Assembly: GCF_022808675.1 (NCBI RefSeq)
Contig: NZ_JAKZKV010000005.1
Span: forward strand, 261,953 to 325,952
Origin: Parabacteroides sp. FAFU027
Lineage (GTDB): Bacteria > Bacteroidota > Bacteroidia > Bacteroidales > UBA7332
Direction of reading: 5' to 3'
Length of the DNA: 64,000 nt
Shown: piece after piece, positions 10,073-18,923 of the stretch
Layout: every line of letters starts with the position of its first letter
Numbering within the stretch: the first letter of the stretch is position 1
Program-made: the position numbers and the translations under genes
The notes under the pieces: generated by a model
The model's database searches: none
What the model was told of the DNA's origin: nothing
Seen by the model: only the letters and a program-made list of their open reading frames with translations

Positions 10073-10651
10073 ATGAAAAAGATACTGATTATCAATGGAA
10101 ATCCGGAGAAAGACAGTTTCTCAACCGCCCTCTCCGAACGGTATGAAATGGGAGCGAAAAAAGCCGGAGCAACTTGCAACACCATACATTTGTCCGAATT
10201 AAAGTTTGATCCGATTCTAAGGCATGGTTATAATACCCGCACTGAGCTGGAACCTGATTTGATGGACGTTGTTTATGAAATAGAGTCGAGCGATCACCTC
10301 GTTTTTATTTATCCCTGCTGGTGGAGCACCTTTCCGGCTCTGCTCAAAGGATTTATTGACCGGGTCTTCCTGCCCGGATTTACGTTTGATACTAAACCTG
10401 ATTCCTATAAATACAAGAAATTGCTTAAAGGCAAAACGGCACGACTCATTGTAACAATGGACGCTCCAACCTGGTACTACCGGTTAATAAACGGAAGTCC
10501 AGGACTGAAAGCGATGAAGAAATGCACGCTGGAGTTCTGCGGAGTAAAACCCGTTAAGGTTACTACTTTCGGATTAATGAAAACCTCCAGCACAGACCAA
10601 AGAGAGAAAATGTTACAAAAGGCGGAACAACTTGGTCATTTATTGAAATGA
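10073..10651 (+). CDS. NAD(P)H-dependent oxidoreductase of the flavodoxin-like fold / NAD(P)H dehydrogenase (quinone) family
   Basis: MKKILIINGNPEKDSF...HLVFIYPCWWSTFPALLKGFIDRVF is typical of Flavodoxin_2 / MdaB-like FMN reductases. The internal Met at 10073 is chosen as start; the upstream part of the ORF has no homology. Confidence 0.7.
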   Translation: MKKILIINGNPEKDSFSTALSERYEMGAKKAGATCNTIHLSELKFDPILRHGYNTRTELEPDLMDVVYEIESSDHLVFIYPCWWSTFPALLKGFIDRVFLPGFTFDTKPDSYKYKKLLKGKTARLIVTMDAPTWYYRLINGSPGLKAMKKCTLEFCGVKPVKVTTFGLMKTSSTDQREKMLQKAEQLGHLLK

Positions 10652-10661
10652 TATAACTTAA

Positions 10662-10705
10662 TTAAAAAGCAAACGAGGCATTTGGAATGATTCAAATGCC
10701 TCGTT
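10662..10705. terminator. Bidirectional rho-independent terminator between the oxidoreductase (+) and hydA (-)
   Basis: aaacgaggcatttg / caaatgcctcgttt 14-bp stem with T-runs on both sides. Confidence 0.7.
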
Positions 10706-10711
10706 TACTTT

Positions 10712-12433
10712 TTATTCCAAATCACTTCGATCCAGATACCGGGTATGGAGTAAATGATGGCTTTTTTCACTTAACGGTTCTCCCAGATATTCCCGGTACA
10801 ATTGCTGAATAAACGGATTTTCATGGGAAGTACGCAGGTTTTCCTGCTTGTCTATGGTATAAAGTGCACGCATCCTTGCGATCAATGTGTCTGTCTCCTG
10901 CTCTACTGGTTGTCCACCTCCGTTGATACAACCACCGGGGCAAGCCATCACCTCGATAAACTGCAAATCAGATGTTCCGTTTTTAACCTCTTCAAGAAAG
11001 TGTTTCACGTTCTTCAAACCACTGACCACTCCGATCTTCACTTCCGTATTTCCAATTTTCATTAATGCTTCTTTCACACCTTCGAGTCCACGTACGGCGG
11101 AAATGGTGAGATCAGTCATATTTTCACCGGTAATTTTCTCATACGCAGTGCGCAAAGCAGCCTCCATCACACCACCCGATGCACCGAAGATTTTACCCGC
11201 TGTACTTCGTTGTCCAAACGGCGGATCGGTATCTTCCGGTGTCAGTTTATCCATCTCTATGCCGAAAAAATGAATCAGCTTAATCAGCTCACGTGTCGTC
11301 AGTACGGAATCGACATCCTGCCGCTCCTCGCGCTTCATTTCGCCCCTACCCTTTTCAAATTTCTTCGCCGTACAGGGCATAAAGGAGACCGAGTAAATCG
11401 CGTCCAACGGAACGCGTTCTTTTTCCGCCCAGTAGCTTTTAATCATCGCGCCCATCATCATTTGCGGGGATTTGCAGGTGGAGAGATGTGGTAATAATTC
11501 CGGATAAAACTCCTCTGCAAATTTCACCCAGCCCGGACAGCAACTGGTAATCATAGGGAGTTTTCCTCCTTTGGTAACCCGCTCAATCAATTCTGCCGAC
11601 TCTTCCAGAATGGTCAGGTCGGCAGTAAAAGAGGTATCAAACACCCGGTAAAATCCCATTTTCCGCAATGCGGCATTGAGGACGCCATTCAGGTCTGTTC
11701 CGGCAGGAAGATTAAACTCTTCAGCCAGGCTGATGGTCACCGATGGGGCATATTGAGCCACCACCTTCTTTGTAGGATCTTGTAACGCTTTGAGTACCTC
11801 CGGGATTTCACTGCTTTCGGTTAATGCTCCGGTCGGGCACACCAATACGCATTGTCCGCAATTGATACAACGGGAAAGTCCCTGTGGTATCAGTCCGGAC
11901 GAAGCAATTACCGTTTGCCCTCCACGCCCCGTCCGGTCAATGGCTGCAACGCCCTCCACTTCCCGGCATACCAAAACACATCGTCCGCAAAGAATACATT
12001 TATTCGGGTCTCTTATTATCGAAGGACTGGAGTCATCTATTGCCTTTAATTCATCAAGACGAGGAAATGCCCCCCGCATCACTTCATATTGATTGGTTAT
12101 CTTCTGAAACTCGCAATGGCCAGACTTTTCACAGAAAAGACAATCATTAGGGTGATTTGCCAGAAGCAATTCCAGAATAGTCTCACGGGCTTCTACCACC
12201 CGGGGGGAATGCGTTTTTATCTTCATGCCTTCCACCACCGGTTCGCTGCAGGAGGCCGCAAGATTTCGTCGCCCCTCAATCTCGACCACACACATGCGAC
12301 AGGCCCCCGTTGGGGAATGTCCTTTCAGGAAGCAGAAAGTAGGCACCTGTATCTGATTGCGCCGCAAGACATCTAGAATTGTCTCTCCGGCATTGCAATC
12401 GTATATCCGGTTATTTATTTCGATGGAAAACAT
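10712..12433 (-). CDS. hydA: [FeFe]-hydrogenase catalytic subunit (HydA-type, with N-terminal 2Fe-2S and multiple 4Fe-4S ferredoxin-like domains)
   Basis: All three H-cluster motifs are present: TSCCPGW, MPCTAKKFE and EVMACPGGCINGGGQP. N-terminal Cys clusters CxxC...C, CILCGRCVLVC and CINCGQCVLVCP. Confidence 0.9.
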   Translation of the reverse strand: MFSIEINNRIYDCNAGETILDVLRRNQIQVPTFCFLKGHSPTGACRMCVVEIEGRRNLAASCSEPVVEGMKIKTHSPRVVEARETILELLLANHPNDCLFCEKSGHCEFQKITNQYEVMRGAFPRLDELKAIDDSSPSIIRDPNKCILCGRCVLVCREVEGVAAIDRTGRGGQTVIASSGLIPQGLSRCINCGQCVLVCPTGALTESSEIPEVLKALQDPTKKVVAQYAPSVTISLAEEFNLPAGTDLNGVLNAALRKMGFYRVFDTSFTADLTILEESAELIERVTKGGKLPMITSCCPGWVKFAEEFYPELLPHLSTCKSPQMMMGAMIKSYWAEKERVPLDAIYSVSFMPCTAKKFEKGRGEMKREERQDVDSVLTTRELIKLIHFFGIEMDKLTPEDTDPPFGQRSTAGKIFGASGGVMEAALRTAYEKITGENMTDLTISAVRGLEGVKEALMKIGNTEVKIGVVSGLKNVKHFLEEVKNGTSDLQFIEVMACPGGCINGGGQPVEQETDTLIARMRALYTIDKQENLRTSHENPFIQQLYREYLGEPLSEKSHHLLHTRYLDRSDLE

Positions 12434-12466
12434 AGTCGTTCGTTTTAATTAAAAAGACTGTCATAT

Positions 12467-12659
12467 CGTCCGACGCGTCGGAAAGTCAGCCCAGCTTTCA
12501 GGCGGACATTCCGACATGTCGGAAACCTTCTCCGAGGGCTCAGGCAAAGATTCCGACGCGTCGGAAAGCTTCCCCAGCCCAAAATCCATCATTCCGACGT
12601 GTCGGAATCATTGCCCGAAGGCTCGTTGGGTGATTCCGATGAGTCGGACGCATTATTTA
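12467..12659. repeat. Array of five copies of a 16-bp palindrome, TTCCGAC-RY-GTCGGAA, at ~41-bp spacing. It spans the hydB 3' end and the hydB-hydA intergenic region.
   Basis: Copies start at 12467, 12508, 12550, 12591 and 12641 (tccgacgcgtcgga, ttccgacatgtcggaa, ttccgacgcgtcggaa, ttccgacgtgtcggaa, ttccgatgagtcggac). Both strands stay ORF-open through the array. Confidence 0.7.
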
Positions 12660-14328
12660 CCTGAGGAAGCTTATTATCCAGAGGGCAAACTCCTGCCCGG
12701 CAGTGAAATTCAGTTATATGCTCTTCATATTCTTGTCGAAACCAACGCAGCGTACTCAATGCAGAATTGGGAGCAGCAGCTCCGAGTCCGCACAGCGAGG
12801 CGTCCTTAATCACTCTGCACAAACGTTCCATTTTTTCAAGCAAAGAATGGCGATATACCTGTTCTTCCTCGCTATCTGTGCAAGGTAGGGAGGTTATGAC
12901 CTCCAGCATGTGCAGTAGCTGGCGGGTACCTTCGCGACAAGGCGTACATTTTCCACAACTTTCACGCGTGATAAACGACATGAAAAACTTCGCAATATCC
13001 ACCATGCAGGTATCTTCATCCATCACCACCATTCCTCCGGAGCCCATCATTGCCCCGATGGAAAGCAACGAATCATAGTCCACCTGAATATCCAGGTTCT
13101 CTTTGTTGACGCAACCGCCGGAAGGCCCTCCCATTTGTACCGCCTTAAATTCTTTTCCATTGGGAGTGCCACCGCCAATGTCGTAGATAATTTCCCGCAC
13201 GGATGTTCCCATTGGGATTTCCACCAGACCGGTATATTTTACTTTTCCCGATAGCGCAAATACCTTCGTGCCCTTACTCTTATCCGTACCTATCGTGCTA
13301 AACCACTCTGCACCGTGAGCCAAAATATCCGGCACATTTGCAAAGGTCTCCACATTATTTATCACGGTAGGTTTTCCGAAGATCCCCTTCTCTACGGGAA
13401 ATGGAGGACGCGGATAAGGCATTCCACGTAATCCTTCGATACTGCTCATCAATGCGGTCTCTTCGCCACAAACATAAGCGCCGGCACCTTTGCGGATAAC
13501 GATATCAAAGTTAAATCCAGTACCGAAAATGTTTTTACCCAAAGCTCCTGCCGCCTCTGCCTGAACAATAGCCTTCGCTAAACGCAACGTAGCCAATGGA
13601 TATTCGGCACGGATATAAACAAATCCTTTAGTCGCACCTGTAGCAAAAGCGGCAATAGCCATGCCTTCGAGCATACGGTGAGGGTCGCCCTCGATAACCG
13701 CCCGGTCCATAAAAGCTCCGGGGTCGCCTTCATCAGCATTACAGACGAGGTATTTTTCCTTGTCGGTTTTGGCCAGCATCATTTCCCACTTGGCTCCGGT
13801 CGGAAATCCGCCTCCACCCCTGCCACGCAAACCGCTTTGCAGGACAATTTCGCATACCTCGTCAGGAGCCTTTTCCCTCAAAACTTTCTTCAGGGTTTTA
13901 TAACCGCCTTTATCGAAATAATCATGTATATCTTCCGGATTAATCACTCCGCAATTTTGCAGGACAATTCTTTTTTGGCGAGCAAAGAAAGGATGTTGGT
14001 CCAGATAAGGGACATTTACCCAATGCTCACACCGACGGTCGCGATATTGTCCCAGAATATGGGAATCCGGCAGTTGCTCATGAAGCAACAAAGGCTCCAG
14101 AAGGGCAATCACATTATCTTCAGTTACACGTTCAAAGGAAATGCGGGACTTACCCACCATTTTCACATCAATAATTGGTTCGGAAGAGCAGAGTCCGACA
14201 CAACCGACCGGAACGATTTCAACGGTAAGATTATGCTCCCGGACAAACCGCCGGATAACCGCCTCTGTGCGAGCAGCGCCAGCTCCCAATCCGCAGGTTC
14301 CGCTTCCAATGTATATCGTTGCATTCAT
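12589..14328 (-). CDS. hydB: NADH-binding flavoprotein subunit of a bifurcating-type hydrogenase (NuoF / 51-kDa-like, HydB/HndC-type)
   Basis: N-terminal thioredoxin-like 2Fe-2S region, NuoF core GLRGRGGGGFPTGAKWE and the 4Fe-4S motif ESCGKCTPCREG...LCGLG. The C-terminal ~30 aa are encoded by the palindromic repeat array, which gives an SD/SE-rich tail. Confidence 0.9.
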   Translation of the reverse strand: MNATIYIGSGTCGLGAGAARTEAVIRRFVREHNLTVEIVPVGCVGLCSSEPIIDVKMVGKSRISFERVTEDNVIALLEPLLLHEQLPDSHILGQYRDRRCEHWVNVPYLDQHPFFARQKRIVLQNCGVINPEDIHDYFDKGGYKTLKKVLREKAPDEVCEIVLQSGLRGRGGGGFPTGAKWEMMLAKTDKEKYLVCNADEGDPGAFMDRAVIEGDPHRMLEGMAIAAFATGATKGFVYIRAEYPLATLRLAKAIVQAEAAGALGKNIFGTGFNFDIVIRKGAGAYVCGEETALMSSIEGLRGMPYPRPPFPVEKGIFGKPTVINNVETFANVPDILAHGAEWFSTIGTDKSKGTKVFALSGKVKYTGLVEIPMGTSVREIIYDIGGGTPNGKEFKAVQMGGPSGGCVNKENLDIQVDYDSLLSIGAMMGSGGMVVMDEDTCMVDIAKFFMSFITRESCGKCTPCREGTRQLLHMLEVITSLPCTDSEEEQVYRHSLLEKMERLCRVIKDASLCGLGAAAPNSALSTLRWFRQEYEEHITEFHCRAGVCPLDNKLPQVNNASDSSESPNEPSGNDSDTSE

Positions 14329-14331
14329 GGC

Positions 14332-14820
14332 TTACTTATTATTGGCTTTCGACCGGAGGTCAGACAAAATCTGTAGTATATTCTCTGCTGTAACTTTGGG
14401 GTACACCTCTCCGTTAATGGTGAGTATCGGGGCTAATCCGCAAACGCCAATGCAAGAAACAATCTCAAGGCTAAATAGTCCATCGGAAGTTGTCTGCCCC
14501 ACATTGATGTCCAATTCTTGTAGAAGAATTCCCATCAGATCGGTCGATCCATAAACGTGACAAGCCGTTCCCCGACACACCTGTATGTGGTATTTTCCGG
14601 GTGGGTGCAGCCGAAATTGATTGTAAAAAGTGGCAACACCGTAGATACTGCTCATCGGAACATTCAGAAAACGACTTACCTCCTTCAAAATATCATGAGG
14701 AAGATAACCTTCCATTTCCTGAATATCCTGAAGCAAGGGAATCAACAGATCCGGGGAAGGATTCGGATATGAATTAAATATTTCCGACAAGCTTTTATTC
14801 ATGATCGCAATTCTGGTCAA
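14332..14820 (-). CDS. hydC: NuoE-like 2Fe-2S thioredoxin-fold subunit of the hydrogenase (HydC/HndA-type)
   Basis: CRGTACHV...SCIGVCGLAP four-Cys pattern typical of NuoE/24-kDa proteins. The gene sits 3 bp upstream of hydB. Confidence 0.85.
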   Translation of the reverse strand: MTRIAIMNKSLSEIFNSYPNPSPDLLIPLLQDIQEMEGYLPHDILKEVSRFLNVPMSSIYGVATFYNQFRLHPPGKYHIQVCRGTACHVYGSTDLMGILLQELDINVGQTTSDGLFSLEIVSCIGVCGLAPILTINGEVYPKVTAENILQILSDLRSKANNK

Positions 14821-14843
14821 ACAAAGGGTTCTCTTCTTTATTT

Positions 14844-14859
14844 AGAACAATCAAGTTCT
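14844..14859. promoter_or_regulatory. Candidate operator palindrome AGAAC-N6-GTTCT in the divergent hydCBA/esterase promoter region
   Basis: Perfect 5-bp inverted arms lying 24 bp upstream of the hydC start. No regulator assigned. Confidence 0.2.
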
Positions 14860-14985
14860 GTTTCAGGTTGGGGATTAATCAATTTTTCCCCCGTAATAAG
14901 CTAAAAAATAAACATGGTAACCTCAGATTCTATCTTTCTTTGTAATCGAAAAAACATATTCACCAGAAAATTATTAGTAAAAACG

Positions 14986-15726
14986 ATGAAACAAATATTC
15001 TTTACACTGGTTCTTGCCTCTCTTCTTCTAACATCCTGCACATCGGGGAAGTCTATTTCGATCTATACAATCGGCGATTCAACGATGGCTCAAAAGCAAG
15101 AGAATAAACGACCCGAAACGGGGTGGGCCGAAAAATTGTATTTATACCTGGATAAATCAGCCAAGATCTACGATCGTGGATTGAATGGACGAAGCTCAAA
15201 AAGTTTTATCAATGAAGGAGAATGGAAAAAGGTGTTTGACGCTTTGAAAAAGGGAGATTATGTGCTGATTCAGTTTGGACACAATGATGAGAAAAGCGAA
15301 GATTCGACCCGATATACCAACCCACATACCACTTACAAGGATAATTTACGCAAATTCATCAATGAAACCCGCTCAAAGAAAGCCAATCCGATATTGCTGA
15401 CATCCATATCCCGCCGCAGTTTCAATGACAAAGGAGTATTGACCAACAGCCATGGAGAATATCCGCAAGCTGCGCGTGATCTGGCGAAAGAAACCGGGAC
15501 ACCACTGATTGATGCTCAATTATTGACGGAGAAGTTATTGATTCAATATGGCCCCGAGGGCTCAAAAAAACTTTACCTTCACATTGAACCGGGATCCAAT
15601 CCTAATTATCCAGAGGGTAAAAAAGACGACACGCATCTCAATGATTTTGGAGCAAATACGATTGCAAAACTGATTGCAGATGAGATTAAAAACCTGAATA
15701 TTCCTTTATCTAAGAAGATAAAATAG
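14986..15726 (+). CDS. SGNH/GDSL hydrolase lipoprotein, rhamnogalacturonan-acetylesterase-like
   Basis: Lipoprotein signal LLLTSC. GDS block IYTIGDSTMAQ, GHNDE block and C-terminal DxxH (DDTHLN), which is the SGNH catalytic arrangement. The internal Met at 14986 is chosen as start. Confidence 0.7.
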   Translation: MKQIFFTLVLASLLLTSCTSGKSISIYTIGDSTMAQKQENKRPETGWAEKLYLYLDKSAKIYDRGLNGRSSKSFINEGEWKKVFDALKKGDYVLIQFGHNDEKSEDSTRYTNPHTTYKDNLRKFINETRSKKANPILLTSISRRSFNDKGVLTNSHGEYPQAARDLAKETGTPLIDAQLLTEKLLIQYGPEGSKKLYLHIEPGSNPNYPEGKKDDTHLNDFGANTIAKLIADEIKNLNIPLSKKIK

Positions 15727-15750
15727 TTGACCCGCAATTTGTAGTAAAAA

Positions 15751-15783
15751 AACGAGGATGCCATAAATGACACCCTCGTTTAA
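15751..15783. terminator. Bidirectional terminator between the esterase (+) and ppdK (-)
   Basis: aacgagg...cctcgtt stem with flanking A/T runs. Confidence 0.5.
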
Positions 15784-15800
15784 TACTCACAATTACTTAA

Positions 15801-18524
15801 TCAGTTCTCCAAAGCAGCCTGCGCAGCAGCAACCCGCGCAATCGGCACCCGGAAAGGAGAACAACTCACATAATCCATGCCAACGGTGTGGCAGAATTTC
15901 ACTGATGAAGGTTCACCTCCATGCTCTCCACAAATACCAACTTTGAGTTTATCTTTTGCACTGCGACCTTTTTCCACCGCCATTTTGATTAATGACCCAA
16001 CGCCTTCCTGATCCAGGATTTCAAACGGATCATTCTTTAGAATACCCAAATCCTGATAGATCTTCAGAAACTTACCGGCATCATCCCGAGAATAACCAAA
16101 AGTCATCTGAGTTAGGTCATTAGTTCCAAAAGAGAAGAACTCTGCAATATTTGCAATCCTGTCAGCGGTAACCGCAGCACGTGGAACTTCAATCATAGTC
16201 CCCACTTTATATTCAATAGTTGTTCCTTTTTCTGCAAAAACCTGCTGAGCTGTACGGTGGATAATATCCGTTTGAACTTTAAGCTCTTCAACTACACCAA
16301 CAAGAGGTACCATGATTTCAGGATAGACATCAACACCTTCTGCCTTGACGTTGAGTGCGGCCTCAATGATTGCCCGTGCCTGCATTTCCGTAATTTCAGG
16401 ATAAGTGTTACCCAAACGACAACCACGGTGGCCCAGCATCGGGTTGAATTCCTCCAAACTATCGCAAGCCAGTTTTACCTCTTCCAGTGAAATACCCATT
16501 TCATCAGCCAGGTCTTTCTGTGTTGCCAATTGATGAGGTACAAATTCATGCAAAGGCGGATCTAACAGACGAATAGTCACCCCATAGCCATCCATAGCAC
16601 GGAAGATACCTTCGAAGTCTCCACGTTGCATCGGAAGTAGTTTTTTCAAAGCTTCAATGCGACCTTCCGTTGTTTTGGAAAGAATCATCTCACGCATAGC
16701 CTTGATACGTGCACCTTCAAAGAACATGTGCTCAGTACGGCACAGTCCGATTCCTTTTGCACCAAACTTTTGAGCGACCAAAGCATCGTGAGGTGTATCA
16801 GCGTTTGTGCGAACGTGCATTCTGGTGTATTTATCACTTAAGCTCATAATCTCACCAAAGTCACCAGCCAATTCGGCATCTGCAGTTTGAATCTGTCCGT
16901 CATATACCTCTCCCGTTGAACCATTCAATGAAATCCAGTCTCCTTCATTATAGACTTTTCCGGCCATTGTAACAATGCGGTTGCGGTAGTCAATCTTAAT
17001 ATCACCGGCACCGGAAACACAACATTTTCCCATACCACGGGCAACCACAGCAGCATGAGATGTCATACCTCCACGTGCAGTCAAAATACCCTGAGCAGCA
17101 TCCATTCCGGCAAGATCTTCAGGCGAAGTCTCGATACGCACCAAGATTACTTTCTTGCGCTGAGCAGCCCAGGCAGCAGCCTCGTCAGCAAAGAAAACGA
17201 TTTTTCCGGTTGCAGCTCCCGGAGAAGCCGGTAGCCCTTTAGCGATAACCTTAGCGGCTTTAATTGCTTTTTTATCAAAAACCGGGTGGAGTAATTCGTC
17301 CAGCTTGTTGGGTTCGATGCGTTTCAGTACGGTTGGCTCGTCAATTTTACCTTCACGAAGTAAGTCCATCGCTATTTTCACCATCGCTGCACCGGTACGT
17401 TTGCCGTTACGAGTTTGCAGCAACCACAGTTTACCGTCTTGTATGGTAAACTCAATATCCTGCATATCTTTAAAATAGTCCTCCAGCTTCTTTTCAATAT
17501 CAAAAAGGTCTTTTGCACATTCGGGCATCGCCTCTTCCAGTGAAGGATAAATATGAGAACGTTCCTCTTCGGAAATATTCTGTAAAGCAGCCCAACGGCG
17601 TGAACCTTCAAGCGTAATCTGCTGAGGAGTACGGATACCCGCAACCACATCTTCACCCTGTGCATTAATCAGATATTCTCCATTGAAAATATTCTCGCCT
17701 GTAGCGGCATCACGGGTAAAAGCAACTCCGGTTGCCGAATGAACACCCATATTTCCATAAACCATGGCCTGGACATTCACTGCTGTACCCCACTCTTCGG
17801 GAATTTTGTGCATTTTCCGGTAATAAATGGCACGAGGGTTCATCCAGCTGTCAAATACAGCACAGATAGCCCCCCAAAGCTGCTCCCACGGATCATCAGG
17901 AAAACTCTTCCCTGTTACCTCCAATACGGCAGCTTTAAAACGTTTGACTAGAATCTGAAGCGCATCCACAGGTAGCTCTGTATCAGAGTGAACTCCGCGC
18001 GAAAGCTTCAATTCTTCCATAATTTCTTCAAACGGATCAATATCTTCTTTGCTTTTAGGCTTCATCCCCAATACCACATCACCATACATCTGAACGAAAC
18101 GACGGTATGAATCCCATGCAAAACGTTCATTTCCGGATTTTTTCGCAATACCTTTAACTACTTCATCATTCAGACCCAGATTGAGTACCGTATCCATCAT
18201 ACCGGGCATGGAAACACGAGCCCCTGAACGGACAGACACTAACAACGGGTTTTTCTTATCTCCAAACTTACAGCCCATCAGATCTTCCACATGCTTAACC
18301 GCACTTTCCACATCTGACTTAATCAGGTTTACAACCTTATCTTTTCCGATTTGGTTATACTCCGTACAAACTTCCGTAGTAATTGTAAAACCCGGAGGAA
18401 CTGGAACCCCAATCAAATTCATTTCCGCCAGGTTTGCACCCTTGCCTCCAAGCAAATTCTTCATGTCTGCTCTACCTTCGGCCTTACCGTTTCCGAATGT
18501 GTAGACTCTCTTTGTGTTTTCCAT
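15801..18524 (-). CDS. ppdK: Pyruvate, phosphate dikinase
   Basis: 907 aa. N-terminal ATP-grasp LLGGKGANLAEM, central phospho-His domain GGMTSHAAVVARGMG, C-terminal PEP-utilising domain. Confidence 0.95.
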   Translation of the reverse strand: MENTKRVYTFGNGKAEGRADMKNLLGGKGANLAEMNLIGVPVPPGFTITTEVCTEYNQIGKDKVVNLIKSDVESAVKHVEDLMGCKFGDKKNPLLVSVRSGARVSMPGMMDTVLNLGLNDEVVKGIAKKSGNERFAWDSYRRFVQMYGDVVLGMKPKSKEDIDPFEEIMEELKLSRGVHSDTELPVDALQILVKRFKAAVLEVTGKSFPDDPWEQLWGAICAVFDSWMNPRAIYYRKMHKIPEEWGTAVNVQAMVYGNMGVHSATGVAFTRDAATGENIFNGEYLINAQGEDVVAGIRTPQQITLEGSRRWAALQNISEEERSHIYPSLEEAMPECAKDLFDIEKKLEDYFKDMQDIEFTIQDGKLWLLQTRNGKRTGAAMVKIAMDLLREGKIDEPTVLKRIEPNKLDELLHPVFDKKAIKAAKVIAKGLPASPGAATGKIVFFADEAAAWAAQRKKVILVRIETSPEDLAGMDAAQGILTARGGMTSHAAVVARGMGKCCVSGAGDIKIDYRNRIVTMAGKVYNEGDWISLNGSTGEVYDGQIQTADAELAGDFGEIMSLSDKYTRMHVRTNADTPHDALVAQKFGAKGIGLCRTEHMFFEGARIKAMREMILSKTTEGRIEALKKLLPMQRGDFEGIFRAMDGYGVTIRLLDPPLHEFVPHQLATQKDLADEMGISLEEVKLACDSLEEFNPMLGHRGCRLGNTYPEITEMQARAIIEAALNVKAEGVDVYPEIMVPLVGVVEELKVQTDIIHRTAQQVFAEKGTTIEYKVGTMIEVPRAAVTADRIANIAEFFSFGTNDLTQMTFGYSRDDAGKFLKIYQDLGILKNDPFEILDQEGVGSLIKMAVEKGRSAKDKLKVGICGEHGGEPSSVKFCHTVGMDYVSCSPFRVPIARVAAAQAALEN

Positions 18525-18821
18525 AACAATATATGAATTAATGTTTAATGAAGTCCGTGTATCGCAAAATTATATTTTTCATTGAGAAATCAAATACCTT
18601 TCCTCGCTTTTTTTATTATTCATATTATCAAACATGTTTTACACACATATTAACCATAATATTTATGCCAAAGAGCATATTTTGCAAATATTACGAGACA
18701 AAGAGAGCTAAAAACAACAATAGTAGCGATATTTTGTTCGCTTCAAATTAACAAAAATATCGAATAATAATCAGAAGAATCCGAGAGTGTAAATCGAGGT
18801 AGTTTTACTTTTATCCCAAGC

Positions 18822-18849
18822 AAGAAGAAGAAGAAGAAGAAGAAGAAGA
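18822..18849. repeat. (AAG)9-10 trinucleotide microsatellite in the ppdK upstream region
   Basis: Sequence aagaagaagaagaagaagaagaagaaga. It produces the artefactual poly-Phe ORF on the minus strand. Confidence 0.9.
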
Positions 18850-18862
18850 CATCTGAATAAAG

Positions 18863-18899
18863 AAAAACCCGATTCCGGAAAGACCAGAATCGGGTTTTT
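18863..18899. terminator. Rho-independent terminator downstream of the carboxyltransferase gene; bidirectional in shape
   Basis: aacccgattc...gaatcgggtt 10-bp stem, with an A-run before it and a T-run after it. Confidence 0.75.
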
Positions 18900-18923
18900 A
18901 CAATATAATTGAATAATCTATTC

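Noticed and set aside
12467-12659. Regularly spaced repeats that could be mistaken for a CRISPR array (also the arrays at 40261-41005 and 62040-62280)
   Set aside because: The repeats are short perfect palindromes or degenerate units. The intervening 'spacers' are related to one another. Copy 4-5 of the first array lie inside a coding region. No cas genes are present. They behave as REP/operator-type elements instead.
12516-12809. 97-aa plus-strand ORF across the hyd palindrome array
   Set aside because: Its open frame is a consequence of palindromic repeat sequence and it is antisense to the HydB C-terminus. There is no start context.
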